Shown here piece after piece: positions 48,825-62,347 of a stretch of DNA of 64,000 bases. Made by a program: the position numbers and the translations under genes. Where the stretch lies: the NCBI GenBank assembly GCA_051362555.1, contig CM120644.1:21350534-21414533 (forward strand), written 5' to 3'. The stretch's first letter is position 1. Each line of letters begins with the position of its first letter. Source of the DNA: Lingula anatina. Taxonomy: Eukaryota; Animalia; Brachiopoda. The notes below the pieces were generated by a model. That model was not told the origin of the DNA. It ran no database searches and saw only the letters and a program-made list of their open reading frames with translations.

Positions 48825-49071
48825 GTTGTGTTGACATTGGGTTAGTTGAATAGCAGGATTAGCCATGAGTCAGCATTAATTCAGACATACATATAAACCA
48901 AGTTGTCTGAGTAGCAAGTCTACAACTTCTGTTTCATTATTAAGCTGCAGGTTGTGTTGACATTGGGTTAGTCAGCAGGATTAGCCGTGAGTCAGCATTA
49001 ATTCAGACATACATATAAACCAAGTTGTCTGAGTAGCAAGTCTACAACTTCTGTTTCATTATTAAGCTGCA
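48825..49071 (+). promoter_or_regulatory. Tandemly duplicated GST core promoter, each copy with an ARE/CNC-sMaf site and a TATA box
   Basis: Units 48825-48949 and 48951-49071. RTGAGTCAGCA at 48865-48875 and 48987-48997; TATAAA at 48892 and 49014. Confidence 0.8.
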
Positions 49072-49091
49072 TTTGTTAAGCTACCTCCAAG

Positions 49092-51935
49092 ATGCCGACC
49101 TACAAGCTGTACTATTTTAATGCAAAAGGGAACGCAGAGATTACCCGTCTGGTGTTTGCTGCTGCCGGTGTGGAATATGAAGACATCAGATTTAAAGACC
49201 GTGATGATTGGCTTAATAACTACAAGCACTGTGAGTTTTTTTCCATTTGTAATCTTACATGTTTGATTCTCATAAAACCATTTAGGTCATTCAATTGATT
49301 CTTTGATCTATCAGTTGTGAAATACTAGTCTTGACCCAGTAGCACCTGCTCTTACATTTCTTGGTATATGTAATGGAAGTACAGAGTGTATGGTTCAGCG
49401 TGCACAACAATCAGGGGACAAAGCATAATAACCTATTACCTCATTTTACACTTAGGTTCATGTATCATATATGTTTAAAACAACAACACAGGTGTGGGTT
49501 GGAAGCTTTTTATTATAGCTTCGAAACTACGCTACGTCACTACATCTACAGTAATAAAATAATGAACAAAATCTCAATAATCCAGTCCTAGCAATGTTAA
49601 GTAAAGCACGTCTACTCTGCATAAAGGCTTGCAACTGACTGAATTAAATCACTCAATGACTGGAAAACGAGACTTAAGTGTCCTGGACGCAGTGACGTAA
49701 CGTAGCTGTCCCCACCTGTGTGTGTTTTAAATAGGACTTAAAAGATTACATAAACCTTCTACCAAGGTCCCAGGAAACAATTTCTACTTGATATTCACTG
49801 TTATTTCTCTGGCTATATCTCTGCACTTTTCTGTACCGTGAGCAATATATTTTTGGGGAAAATGATGTCATCACTCTGCTGATCTTTGATAGAGAGGACA
49901 TGCCATTGCTCCAAGGCTTGTGATCATCTCTGTGATATACAGTGCCAGTACGCCAGCAGTGATGGCTAGACACTCCAAAACTATACATCCCTAGGCATCT
50001 TAGGAGATAACTAGTTCAGTATTTTACATCTAACCTGTGAAACAGCATATGAATTTTAGATATAACCAGTAGTGGTAGCTAGCATCATTGGTATTGTTAC
50101 GTTTCTGACTTTTATAGCCATTACCGTCTTTGCTATGGCCGTGCACGTCATTGCATTGTCTTCAAACTTTTGGCAGTTACATTTTTGCATGCCCATGTTA
50201 TGTAGTTAATTATTATACAATATTGCATCACATTGACAAAAATTTGTTTTGCGTTGCTACTACATAAGCCCTGAAAAGAAAACCAAGTTCCTTATTATTT
50301 ACCAACTGACAAGAATGATTCTTAGGATTGACATATAGCTCTAATTGTCTAATTGGAAAGCCCACTTGATAAAAATTTTTAAAAAATTGTGCAATTTTTG
50401 CAAAATTTCAATTGTTCTCATTGTGGCATTTTAACTTGTGAATTTTAACTCTCAGGGGCCTGAAGCCTTATGCCAGTTACATGTTCTGCCTTGTTAGTGA
50501 CAGACCCTAAGATTCAGATTCTATGCATGCCAGCATTTTTCATTTTTAAATCTTCACATATCCATGCTTACCTGAAGAAGCAGATATTTCAAAATTACGA
50601 AGCTGCATGGACCTGACACCCAGATCAGGGCATTTTTACAATCCTGGGCTCCTTTTTTTCCCACCAAGGGTCAAAAATAGAAGTCATTATTGTGTTGAAA
50701 TGTGTACTTTTCTTGAAAGTATAGACCTGAAGGGTATAAGAAATGACAATCCCGAGATAAAACCTTGTGTATGTATAAAGATATGATCATTTGAATTTTG
50801 AAAATCATTTTTTTAATTTTCATAAGCTAAACCTTGAAGTGTGTGACTTTTATGGTAATTTAAGGTATTGATCTCCAAAAAACCACTTAGTTTTACTCAG
50901 AGAGTATTGCTCTTTTATGTATTTGCAAAAAAAATGGATGAAAATATCCAGAATTTGACGAATCAATGACATTTTGTAATTTTCCTGTTTCAGTATTAAA
51001 TGTGACTCCATGAAGTTTTTGATTCTGAGATATTCTGAGGACTTCTGTACTTCACTTTACCTTGCATTAGTTCTTTATGTTATGCTTCATGATTGTGTAA
51101 AATATTATTTTGCACGGACATGTGTGCTAATTGCAGTGTCATGTTAAAATAAATGTCCTTTCCGAAACATCCCTGTTTCGGAAAGGACATTTTTTTAACA
51201 TTTATGATATTGTTTTAATATATTGCAGTATTTGAGTTTTTATAAGTTTTAGGTGAAGTCTATGAATAACTGGGCAAAATAGGTGGAAGCTGAACTAAAA
51301 TTGAAGTCTTTTTATTACATTTTGTGCTTGTTTTGTCTATTTTGTACTAGTAATTCATTACTGGAATTTTATTTTATTAAATATTGATTCTGAGATATAT
51401 TCCAGGTATTCTTTACACCATTATACCTTATTCCAGTTTCTTTTGTTACAGTGCATAGCTGTATAAAATATTATTTGACGGTGTCAGATTTACCAACAGT
51501 AAAGACATGTTTAAAAATATGTCCTTTTAGACATGTCCTTGTTTCAGAATGGACATTTGTTTAACATTTATGAAATTGCCTTAAGATCTCATAGTATGTT
51601 GGTTTACAAGGTACAGGTGAAGCAATCATTAGACAAAATATGAGTAAACTAGATTAAAACTGAATTGTTTTTATTACATTAATTGGTCATTTTGGATAGT
51701 TTTTGATTCTTTTTTGAAATGTTACTCCCTTAGTATTTGATTATGATATAAAATAGAGTCTTCTACACTCCATTATACCCTATTCTACTTCCTTTTGTTA
51801 CAGCTCATAGCTGTATAAAATATTATTTGACAAGGTCAGGTTTAAATTTAGTAATTACATTTTTAAATATGTCCTTTTAGGCATGTCCTGTGTTTCGGAA
51901 TGGACATTTATTTAACATTAACGAAATTGCTTAAA

Positions 51936-51983
<48 letters not shown>

Positions 51984-54900
51984 TGATGTATGTATATATT
52001 ATAGATAATCACAGGAAGTTAATTATAACCCTGTGTCTGCCTGCAAGCGCCTCTGTAAACCGTGCCAGTGAATTGACTCTTGCAACTTAAACACGTGTAG
52101 CCTCATAACTATTTTCGAATATTTTTTTGTACATCATAAGTAAGCAGTATTTAAAGTAAGGTAAGCTATATTAGTCAAAATTATATTCTACATAAATTTG
52201 ATGTGCTTCCCATCATCCTCTTCCTCATGAATAATAAATAGATGAGCAGACCAAAGAGTAAACAACTGTTTTAGACAATGTGTTAAAAAATGTCCTTTCC
52301 GATACAAAGCATCCAAATTGCCTATATTTCTATTTATACTGATATAATCTCTTCAATTAATTGTTAATTTAACTTTGAAATACATGAACTTTGGGAAAAT
52401 ATGCAATGGAAGTTCTAGTAGATCCAAAGAAAAGATCCTGACTTGCAAAAATGATTTTTGTTGTTGAGGATATATATAGAAATTTAAAAAGATGCCATTG
52501 AAGAAATGTTTTTCTATTATTTTCATGTCATATGCATGATGCTCTAACAGTAATTTGCTCATGTCAAGTGAAACATACAGCATTAAAGACAGAATTCTCT
52601 CTATTTATAACATTGGCAATGTAAAGGTACTTTGTTTCGGAATGGACAATTTTTAACAAGCATCTCAAAAAAGGCCACAGTTAAATGGGTTTCTGTGCAC
52701 TGGGGTTTTCTTATATAAAAATAAATATCACATGTCCTGGGCTTTAGAGAAATATATATTGTTACTGGCTAGGTGTCAACATGTTCTTTTTATGTAAGAG
52801 AAACCCAATGTTTCGGAATGGACAAATTTAACGGAAAAACACGGTAGGGTTATTTTGCACTCCATGTCAAGCTCCAGAATCATCGCGCAGATTTCATTAT
52901 TTGATACAAACAATACCAATACATCCAAATAATGATTAGGATGGTAAATTATACTGTATGTTTTATGATATATTTTCTGAAAGTCATTTATTTTTGTTTC
53001 GGAATGGACATTTCGTTTAACGGAAATACCAGCATGCCATTAAAAGGCTTTTTTTACTAGGATACACCTCTCTCCTGTTAACATTTAAACTTTTTTGCTT
53101 CCACCATACTACTGAGTGTTTTATAATCCAAAAAAATGCAATGTCAAACACTGTTTTAATTTATTTCAGATTGCTTTTTATTTCATATGACTAAAACGGG
53201 AAAAATTTTTGGTCATTTTTCGGGCTTTGCTTTAGCATATCTTTGGACTCGGTGGTGATATTTGGTTTCTATTTTCAGTGTTTATCTTCACTTACACCAT
53301 TCTCTAACATAGTGATAAAAGAATTCTTTGATCGTATGTATGTAATTTGTTAATTAGCAATATGTGGGAAAATCTGAAAAGTGCCCAGGATTGTAAAAAT
53401 GCCCATCAGGTATGTGTCAGAGTCAAAAATTACCATTTGAGATAATTTCACTTATTTTACAGTAAGCCCCACGGGACAGTGCCCATTCCTGGAGGTGGAC
53501 GGGAAGAAGATTGGTCAGAGTTTGGCTATTGCGCGTCTTGTGGCACGAGAACAAGGTAAGGAATGTGGCAGATAATTAAACATTGTCTGCATAGTAGTTT
53601 TTGCTTAAACAAGTAAGAGATGACCTTTTAGAAAAAATTAAGACAGCAAAGCTGTCAAATGTACAGACAAAAAAAGGGTCATTTTGACAATTTTGATGCT
53701 ATGATAAATGCTTATAATAGCACAGTCAATCAAAACTGAATTTTAATCATGCACAACAGGTAACATGGTCAATAACAGGAGCAGATCCAGAGATGTTTTC
53801 TGACAGTATTCCAAATTATCTTTGTTGATCCATCCTCCATTTTTTATGGTCTTCCAACAGAAAAAAATAGATAATAGTCATTGTAAACTTAAAAATCTGA
53901 CCGTCTTCCAGAAGACCCAGAAGACGGTCTCAATCCACCCAAGAATATGGGAAAGATAAAAATTTCAAAAAAAATGTACAACTGGAAAAGAAGCCAATTA
54001 GACTGCTATTCCAACTCAGGCTGCATTTTAGTCCTATGTTTCTTTCCTGTAAGTTTAAGAAGAGTAAGTGACGTTTTTTCCTTAAAGGTACATACGAACC
54101 GAGCGTGGATTCCCAGTAACACATGTAAACCACTTCTACTAGATTCTTATATGACTCAAATAAATTTGACATGCCAAGGGATAAACTGAATAGATCACTC
54201 GATCATCCATAAAAGACCTTTAGACTGCTCCTTTCTTTAAATTTATGGTTGTAAATTTAACCTACTTCCGTGACCTACTTTCCTGCCCCATTGACATACA
54301 GCTTAGAATGCCAGCAGAAAAATCTGTTCAAACATCATTTTCGGGTAAAATTAAACAATGCCTTTTGGTAATTCTCTTAGTTATACTACTTGAAACTATA
54401 TGCTGGCATTTGGTTGGTTTTTGTGACAAAAAATTGACTTTGTATGCATCTTTAATGGTTATAATAAAAACAGTGTATTATGAATATTCAGAAAATGTGA
54501 CAAGGAAAAGTCTTCAAGCCCATGGAAGCTCAGAGTCACACATTGAAAATCCAAAAATGTAAACAGGAGATAACTGTACTGAAAAGAATTTCCATTTTCA
54601 ACACCTTTTTTACATAAAACAGAATAATCAATTTACTATCATTTTTATATGATCAAACTGAGAAAATGTCAAAAGAACACTTTCACATATCTAGTAAGTT
54701 CTATAATGAGACTTGACATGCCTAAGAATTAAATCTGGAAAAAAAAAATTATATACAAAAAAAAAAAAGTTTAACCTCATCAAAACTTATCTGATCAAGC
54801 TTAATTTCAATTTTGATCTGTATATTAGTCAGACTGATCACTCCTGTGAGTTGCATGGCAATAGGTCAATTGGTTTTCCTTCAAATGTGTTATCAGTGTT

Positions 54901-56718
54901 GCATATATGCAAAAAAAAAAAGAAAAAAAAAAACAGCATAACTTTAAAAAAAATGCATTTTATTAACAGTCAGTAGTTCTGTAAGTTCCAAGCCAAAGGT
55001 TAAAGAGGCACACTTACCGTGTTATGGGTGTTGCATATATGCTGAAAAAAGTGGAAAAAAATGGCATACATTTTATGAAAATGTCCTGATCATGCTGATT
55101 TTCAAATATGACCTGCATTTAATGCAATTCATTAGTTCTGTAAGTTTCAAGCCAAAGGTTAAAGAGTCTTCCACTCATTGGGTTAAAGTTGATAATGTAT
55201 GATGTCGATGACGGCGACGACAGACACAACGCAGGTGAAGGCTATATGTACATACACATCTGTGTCTGTACATAAAAAGTTTTTAAGTGTTGATCAAAGG
55301 CAGCAGCTGTGCTAGAAATTCCAGCCATCAGTCTCCATTCAATCTTAAGGTCATTTCAGTGTTTTTTCTACAACTTTATTCTTTGTTTCTAGGTCTTTAT
55401 GGTGAAAGTAACATGGACGGTGCCATGATAGACCAGGTCCTTTACACTTTAGACGATTTGACCAAGCCACTTATCGACTGGCATTTTGAGAAAGATGAAG
55501 CAAAGAAGGTAGCATTTTTAGTGACTGGTCTATTTGCCGTAATGGTTAATAATTGTGACAAGTGGTGTATTAAATGTATCAGGACAATACCCCCCTTCCC
55601 CTGATAATCCCCCCCCCCTGACAATTCCCCTTCCTGTAATAAATATCAAACTGAGCATGAACAGCTTGATACTGAAACAAAATAATGCCTGCCTTTAATC
55701 AAAATGTATCTCCAGGTAGAGGCAGATTAAACAAATCATCTCTCACTGATCCAGGAATTCCTTTCATGAACTGACACTACTAACTGTTTAAACCCCCCTC
55801 TTCCCCTTGATCAAGTGAAATTAGTATAGAAAAATTGATAAAATGTTTTATTAAAAAATGACAAGTAATGTCAAATTTGCATCTATAGCATCTTAAAATT
55901 TAAAGTGACCTCTCAGGTCTGTTGAAGCATGTACATGTAATGAGCCTACTGAGTCTTATAATCAATAGCCAATCATTGTTTTTATTTCATTTTCTGTCTT
56001 CTTTCTTATATTCAGTAAAATATTCAAGAAAGTTGTGAATGTCTCAAGTACATAGCACAAAAACTGTGTATCTTGTTTCCTGGAAAAGGGATGGGATTGT
56101 CTTAAGGGGGATTGTCTTGGGGGGGGGGGGGGGGGTTGACCATGGTGCCATTGTAGAATTTTGCAAGTGACCCGGGTTTTAAAGGACATTTTTGTTCCAA
56201 GTCAGTCGAATAACAAGCGATAGTTCTGTTGAATTCATTGGACCTCCATCTTTTTGCTAGGCAGAGAAAGAAAAGAAGCTAGCTGAGGAAACACTGCCTG
56301 AATCCATGCAACGCCTTGATAAACTTTTAAAAGGCAATGGCGGCAAAGGATACTTTGCAGGAAACAAGGTCAGACAAAATACTTTTTTCCTGAAATATTA
56401 TATCGTGCTTCTCATATTATTAAAATGTACAGAATTTTTACTTTTATATTCAAAATGCAGATGGCTGTGAGGCACAAAAAATATTAAAATCTAAACCATT
56501 TTATAATTATTTTTCATTTGAATACTTGACTGTATTTTTTTTTTCACATTCAGCTCTCCATTGCGGACCTAGCAGTCTTCAATCAATGTTCAGGGCTGGT
56601 GGTGAAGTTCCCCAAGTGCATGGACAAATGCAAAGAATTGCCAGCATTCATTGACCGTATTAAAGCTCTACCAAAGATAGCTGATTGGTTAGCGAAGAGA
56701 CCGCAGACAGATTTTTGA
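49092..56718 (+). CDS. GST: Glutathione S-transferase, sigma class (HPGDS/S-crystallin-like), 206 aa, 5 exons
   Basis: Exons 49092-49230, 53463-53555, 55393-55508, 56261-56368 and 56554-56718 (621 nt, GT-AG). Motifs [72 protein letters not shown]. Confidence 0.95.
50610..53424. mobile_element. About 2.8-kb non-autonomous TIR element in GST intron 1
   Basis: GGGCATTTTTACAATCCTGGGC at about 50628 and inverted at about 53383-53404; internal repeated GTTTCGGAATGGACA motif; (TA)n at 51938-51981. Confidence 0.7.
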
Positions 56719-57970
56719 ATGCCGTTTTAATGAACTGCATTGTCACTCATGACCTACCCGCTGCCTCGCAAACTGTTCCATTAGGCTTTGGGCCTCAACC
56801 CATACTTTCGCAAATTATAACCAAAAAAGGGACGATTAACTGTTGATAGCGATTTTCTTTTTTACTATTTTCAAAAACTGGCAATGAATCACATATCATT
56901 ATCTATCTTCCAACTTAACCAGCCACATTTATAGGATTGCGACTTTTCTTTTTAATCTGGGGTGTCTAAAGTCAATTTTTGTTAAATAAAAGGGAGGTGA
57001 AATTGCTTAAAATTTGAAGAAAAAATTCATATTTGAGTCCTGCTAAAATAATAACATATTACTATAATTACAGATATAATTGTCATCTTAAATTTTCGTC
57101 CCAAATAGTAAAGTTGCTGTTAAGGTGCAAACAGTGTAATTGTAAATTGCAGTAAAACTTAAACATTCCAAAAACATTTTTTATTTTGCATATGTAATCC
57201 TTGTCATTGCTTTGAGGGTGCTTCTGTGTCTTTTTACTCAGTTTTTGGTAATATTTAAAATATTAAGTTCATATAGTAGACATGTGAATTCAGTTCTGAG
57301 AGCACAAAGCAACAAAGACACCAATTCAGCTGCTAATTTGAGCTTTAAATGTAATTCTTTTTTACTAAATGTTACATCTAGGATGTAGTTGTTAATTTCC
57401 TGACTGTGATACATATTGCTATTATCTGCTGAATACATCTGATGTATTGTAAGTGTTTTATAAGTTTTTCCTAACATTGCTTTGATATGTAACATTCTCT
57501 TAGTAACACTCTTCCAAGATTTTCAGTTCTCCACCATCTACAAGTCTATGTATGTCTTAAAGCAGACAGTTTTAATGAACATTTCAACAAGAAGCAGTGT
57601 TATCCAGGTGTTGTATGTAATAGTAGCAGGTGACTCAGTGATCAGTATCAAGTAAAGTTTCCAAAGAAGCCTTTTGTAAAAACTAGAGAAAGATGTGCAC
57701 TAGAATACACCTAAAGTAATACTGCAGTGGCAGATTTAGAGGGGGGTGGGGGGGTCCTGTCTCCCCCCCCCCCACCCCCACCCCCTCTTCGGTTTCAAAA
57801 AGTATATCACACCAATATTCCCCTCTTGATATTAGGATTTTGACTGGCTAATTCATAGTTCTAAACCATACCAAAGGGCACTGTTTGCTCTCCAAAACAC
57901 CCAAAAAAAAATTTGGGGCCTTTGAGCAGGCCCTGAACCCCACAACAAGGGGGAGATGTATGACTTCGCA

Positions 57971-60064
57971 TAGGGACAGTCGGTCATCCGGGCACTTTAC
58001 CTTAGCAACCGGCATCTGGGGTAAAACAAATCGGGCAACATGGCGGATCGCATTGACTTCTATGTAAAAGTTGCCAGACTTCGTCCGAAGATATCATACT
58101 TCACAGTTCATGACCACTTGTGTCAGTGAAGTTGAGTTATTTACCTGGTTGATTTCCTTTACAGGCTTTTGTAATTAGCCTCTGCACACCTGGTTAAGAG
58201 ATAAAATCGGCCTTAACTGCCGATCGTTATCTGTGATCGGGAATCTTACAGTGGTAGATTGCAAAGACTCATTTGCTTACCTGGATGAGCATATTATTCA
58301 CATCTGTTTGAAAAGAAAACCATATGGAAGCAACTGATAATATCAAGGAAGGTTTCAATTGTACCAATAACTGTTGACGTTGCATATTGCTGACACATAT
58401 GACGGGTAGATTTTCAAGCTTACTGAATTGAACCGGTACCGTTTAACTTTCAGGCACGCGTACAATAGTGAAATGGTGGAAGCTTGCTGTGCACCAGGTG
58501 ACACTACCAACACATTAATAAAAATTACAGATGCGGATCCAGAGATATTTTCTGACAGTCTTTCCAATTATCTTTATTGATCTACAGTGTATTCTCTATT
58601 TTTGACCGTCTTCCAACAGAAAAAATTAGGTACCCGTAAATGTAAACTTTAAAATCTGACCGTCTTCCGGAAGACCCAGAAGACGGCCTAAATCCGCCCC
58701 TAAATCTAATGGGATTTGTTAAATTTCAAAGATCAACGGAAAAGTAAACGACTGTTGCAGGCTATAGGTCTTGCAAACGTGACTAAAGACGGGATTGTTG
58801 ATCGAAACAAAATTTGGTCATAGCTATACATGCACTACGAGAATTGTGTATGTGTGTATAGTTCATTTTATTACAGATAAGGAGAAAGTCATTAAACCTT
58901 GTTTGGAATTTATGTTTGTCATTTGTTACATGAATTAATAAGTAGTATTTACAAGAAATTGAGATTGCATCTTGTGTTGGCGTGTGTGACGGTATATCAA
59001 TTCTTTTAGTAAAAATTAATGGACTATTACGTCGGACTTATTTGTTGTAAGTTAATTGAGGGCGTTATAAAGATAAGAAAACAATATATACGTCAATATA
59101 TTGACAAGCCTGTGAATTAATGTCTAAATCTTTAAGTATTCAAGTAAAATATAAAAAAGTTGCCATAAATAAAGCGACCTTAACTGGTAAAATAACATAC
59201 AGCTTTATTTCCGTGTTTGCTATTCAATTTAATTTTAATTCTGTCTTCCATGATATTTCGCCAATTTTCGTACCAGAAAAGTGCACAATAAGATTGTAAA
59301 CACTCAAAGACGCATAGCTGCAAAAATCAATACAGGTAACACCACGTGTCTTCTCTTCCAAAACGTTTTCAAGCAACTGTTTATGCTGTCCTTCCAGGCT
59401 TGTATTAATATACATGTACTGTATACGGACCAAAGAGGCCATGGGACCGATGACATTGCCCCTATCCCGTTCACCTGGCTATTGCAGCAGCAGGTGATTT
59501 AATCACAATTTGTAGAAATCTTATTCTAATAACTACTCAGTGTTGCACATTTTCCAGGCCTTTCTCACGATCCACGTTCTAAGAAGCCATTCCTATATCA
59601 CCAACTTATGTACATGTATATACTTAGGGTGAACATTTGCGTATGCAGTTAAGACCAATTTTATCCCGTGACAAGTTAAACAGTAGCTTATTACAAAGGC
59701 CTGCTAACTCAATAGTCCAGGTAAATGATTCAACCCGCCAGACACAAAAGGTCAAGCACTGCTTTTGCAAAATCTTCTGCTGTAAACTTCCTGATCACAG
59801 ATAACGATCGGCAGTTATGTTAAGGCCGATTTTATATCTCTTAACCAGGTGTGCAGCGGCTAATTACAAAGGCCTGTAAAAGAAATCGACCAGGTAAATA
59901 ACTCATCCTTACTGACACATGTGGTCAGGCACTGTGAAGTATGATATCTTCGGACAAAGTCTGCCAACTCTTACATAGAAGTCAGTGCGATCCGCCATGT
60001 TAACCGATTTGTTTTACCCCAGATGCCGGTTGCTAAGGCGCGTGACGTCAGCCCGACTGTCCCT
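57971..60064. mobile_element. DNA transposon with about 310-bp TIRs, AG termini and AT flanks (ISL2EU/Harbinger-like), nested in a CAGTGGC MITE (57725-60130)
   Basis: 57971-58280 is the diverged reverse complement of 59750-60064 (AT|AGGGACAGTCGG ... CCGACTGTCCCT|AT). No intact ORF inside. Confidence 0.75.
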
Positions 60065-60164
60065 ATTCAAGGCCTGTCGTTCTGGACCCCCCACACCCCC
60101 CCAATTCAAATAATCCTGCATCCGCCACTGTAGTCCACCTAACACTGGCAACATTCTGTATCAG

Positions 60165-60400
60165 TTAAAGGGATAATAACTCTTCATTTCGGCCAAAAAG
60201 TGAATTTTCCTGGAGTAAACAACAATTTTCCCATACTTACCAATGTTTAATGAATCCATTTTCACATTCAAAGTTAGTCCCTGGTTTTTTTCTAAAAAGT
60301 TAGGTTTTTTGTTAAAATCTCTTAAGAGATTTTAACAAAGTATAGCCATCAATGGAGGTCACGTGGTCTAAAGACAAGCTCAGATATCAGAATAATAGCT
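60165..60400. mobile_element. Kolobok-like MITE family copy (left end)
   Basis: TTAA|AGGGATAATAACTCTT terminus; similar to 2588-2830 and 26623-26797. Confidence 0.65.
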
Positions 60401-61402
60401 ACAACCACGCTCGGCTGTCACCTTGATTGGATAGTAAACGGTTGTCGTAAAATCGCTAAATGATATTTAAACCGGGTGCATAAACTTGAAAACCACCTAG
60501 GACAACCTTAGACTGCCACATTAATCCAATACAATGCAAAAATAAACTATAACAAGTGGTTAAAGCCTTCAAACCGAATGTCGTAAAGTCCCCACATACC
60601 TCCATAGAGACAATAAAATAGAATGAGCTGAACCCCACAATTCACTTGTCTTAAAGTTTGTAAAAGCCTCTGATTATAGCAGCTCCACGCTTTCTTTATT
60701 ATTATTATTTTTTGCTGTTAAACTGATGCTTCTCTCTTCCGTCAGACTCCCCCTAAAATGTTCCACTCCAGAAAAAAAAATCAATAATGGTATGGGAAAA
60801 TTGTACAGGCAATTGACCTACATTCTCCACTGCAGTTATTGGCGCTAGTTTAACACAATGTTATGACTTGGACGTGATAACGTGATTCACACCTGTGACA
60901 TGAAGGTTTATAATTTATATAAATGAATAAATAAACAGGGCGTGTCGATCAAATAATTGGAATTTATGAGTATAGTGGGATATTGTTATGTACAAAAATA
61001 AAACAAAATCTGTATACAGCTCAAAAACAGGGGAAAAAAATGCATTTTTCTCTTATATGCAAATAAGATTGCCTGTAGTAATATAAGGTTGTCCGGAAGT
61101 CATGTTCATGTTAATTTTTATCATTTGATAAAAAGAATACATATTTGAAGCTAGCAAAAGTAATTTCCCCAAAGAAAAATAACAATTTTCTTCGCATTAT
61201 AAATCATTGCTCGACCCGCCCTTCGGAAGAATTTTGTAACAGCTAGAAGGCTGAGAAGGGCTCCTGGACGAGAGCCCCGGTGTACGCCCCCTCCCTCCCC
61301 TTGAGAGGTACTGTAAAGATCACTTTTATTTCAATTAAAATATGTTCGAGTGAAAAGAAAAAGTTGATTTTCTTTAGATATAGGCCTAAATAACTCATAT
61401 TC

Positions 61403-61452
<50 letters not shown>

Positions 61453-62347
61453 ATTTTGTCTGTGGCACTGCTGATTTTGAGAGAGAGAATATGTCTAACG
61501 TTAGATCGCGAGGATGTGGTATTTAACTGCTATGAAATGTCCGTAACTTTAATTCATGTCCATATTGAATGATCAATTCCGCAATAAGATTTAGATAACA
61601 AGATTATGAGAATAATAAAGAAATTGAGAAAAATTTAAAAAATCAAATTCAAGAAAGATTGCATTGTTTATTTTTCACACAATCCAAATGCAATGATTTA
61701 CCAGTTGACTTTAATTTGTTTTTTAAACTGAAAACGTACTCATTTTTCCCGTTTCTAAAAATAAAATGTGTCACTGATATCTTAAAGTTTTTTTTTACTA
61801 TAGTTAGAGACTTAGCAGTAACCTGTGTCCAGTCTCGTGAAAATTAACCTCCCATTAATACATGGAATAAGTAGGTGTGTCGATCCTGGAGCAACACAAA
61901 TGAAAAGCGAACGCGGTAAAAAAATTTAGTCATGGTTGTCGTGAGCTACCGAAACAGTCAGTCTTAATTAAAATAAAGTATAATATACCTAGACAAAGCG
62001 ACAAGACACTCATCGTGTTACCTTAAAACAATAGCTGTTTGAAAGTTAACGTTTTTATGAAGATTGGATGTAAAACAGTAAAAAGGAAGATAATTTTATT
62101 CTCATATGTAGGGCACAGTGACGGTAAAACGTCTTGGATTTGTTTCGTTTTGTTTGTTATAATGTTTTAATTGATATTATTATCTTTTTGTCACACTCAT
62201 GTACGTATAAGAGAGATCCAGCCCCTCTTGAGATTTCCCATATATATATTTTTCTTTTTTCCTCTTTTAGGGGGAGAAAAGACATCTGGGAAACAAAACG
62301 TAAAAGTGAGAGGAACGCCCTCCCCTAAAATCTGGCATTGAATAAAT

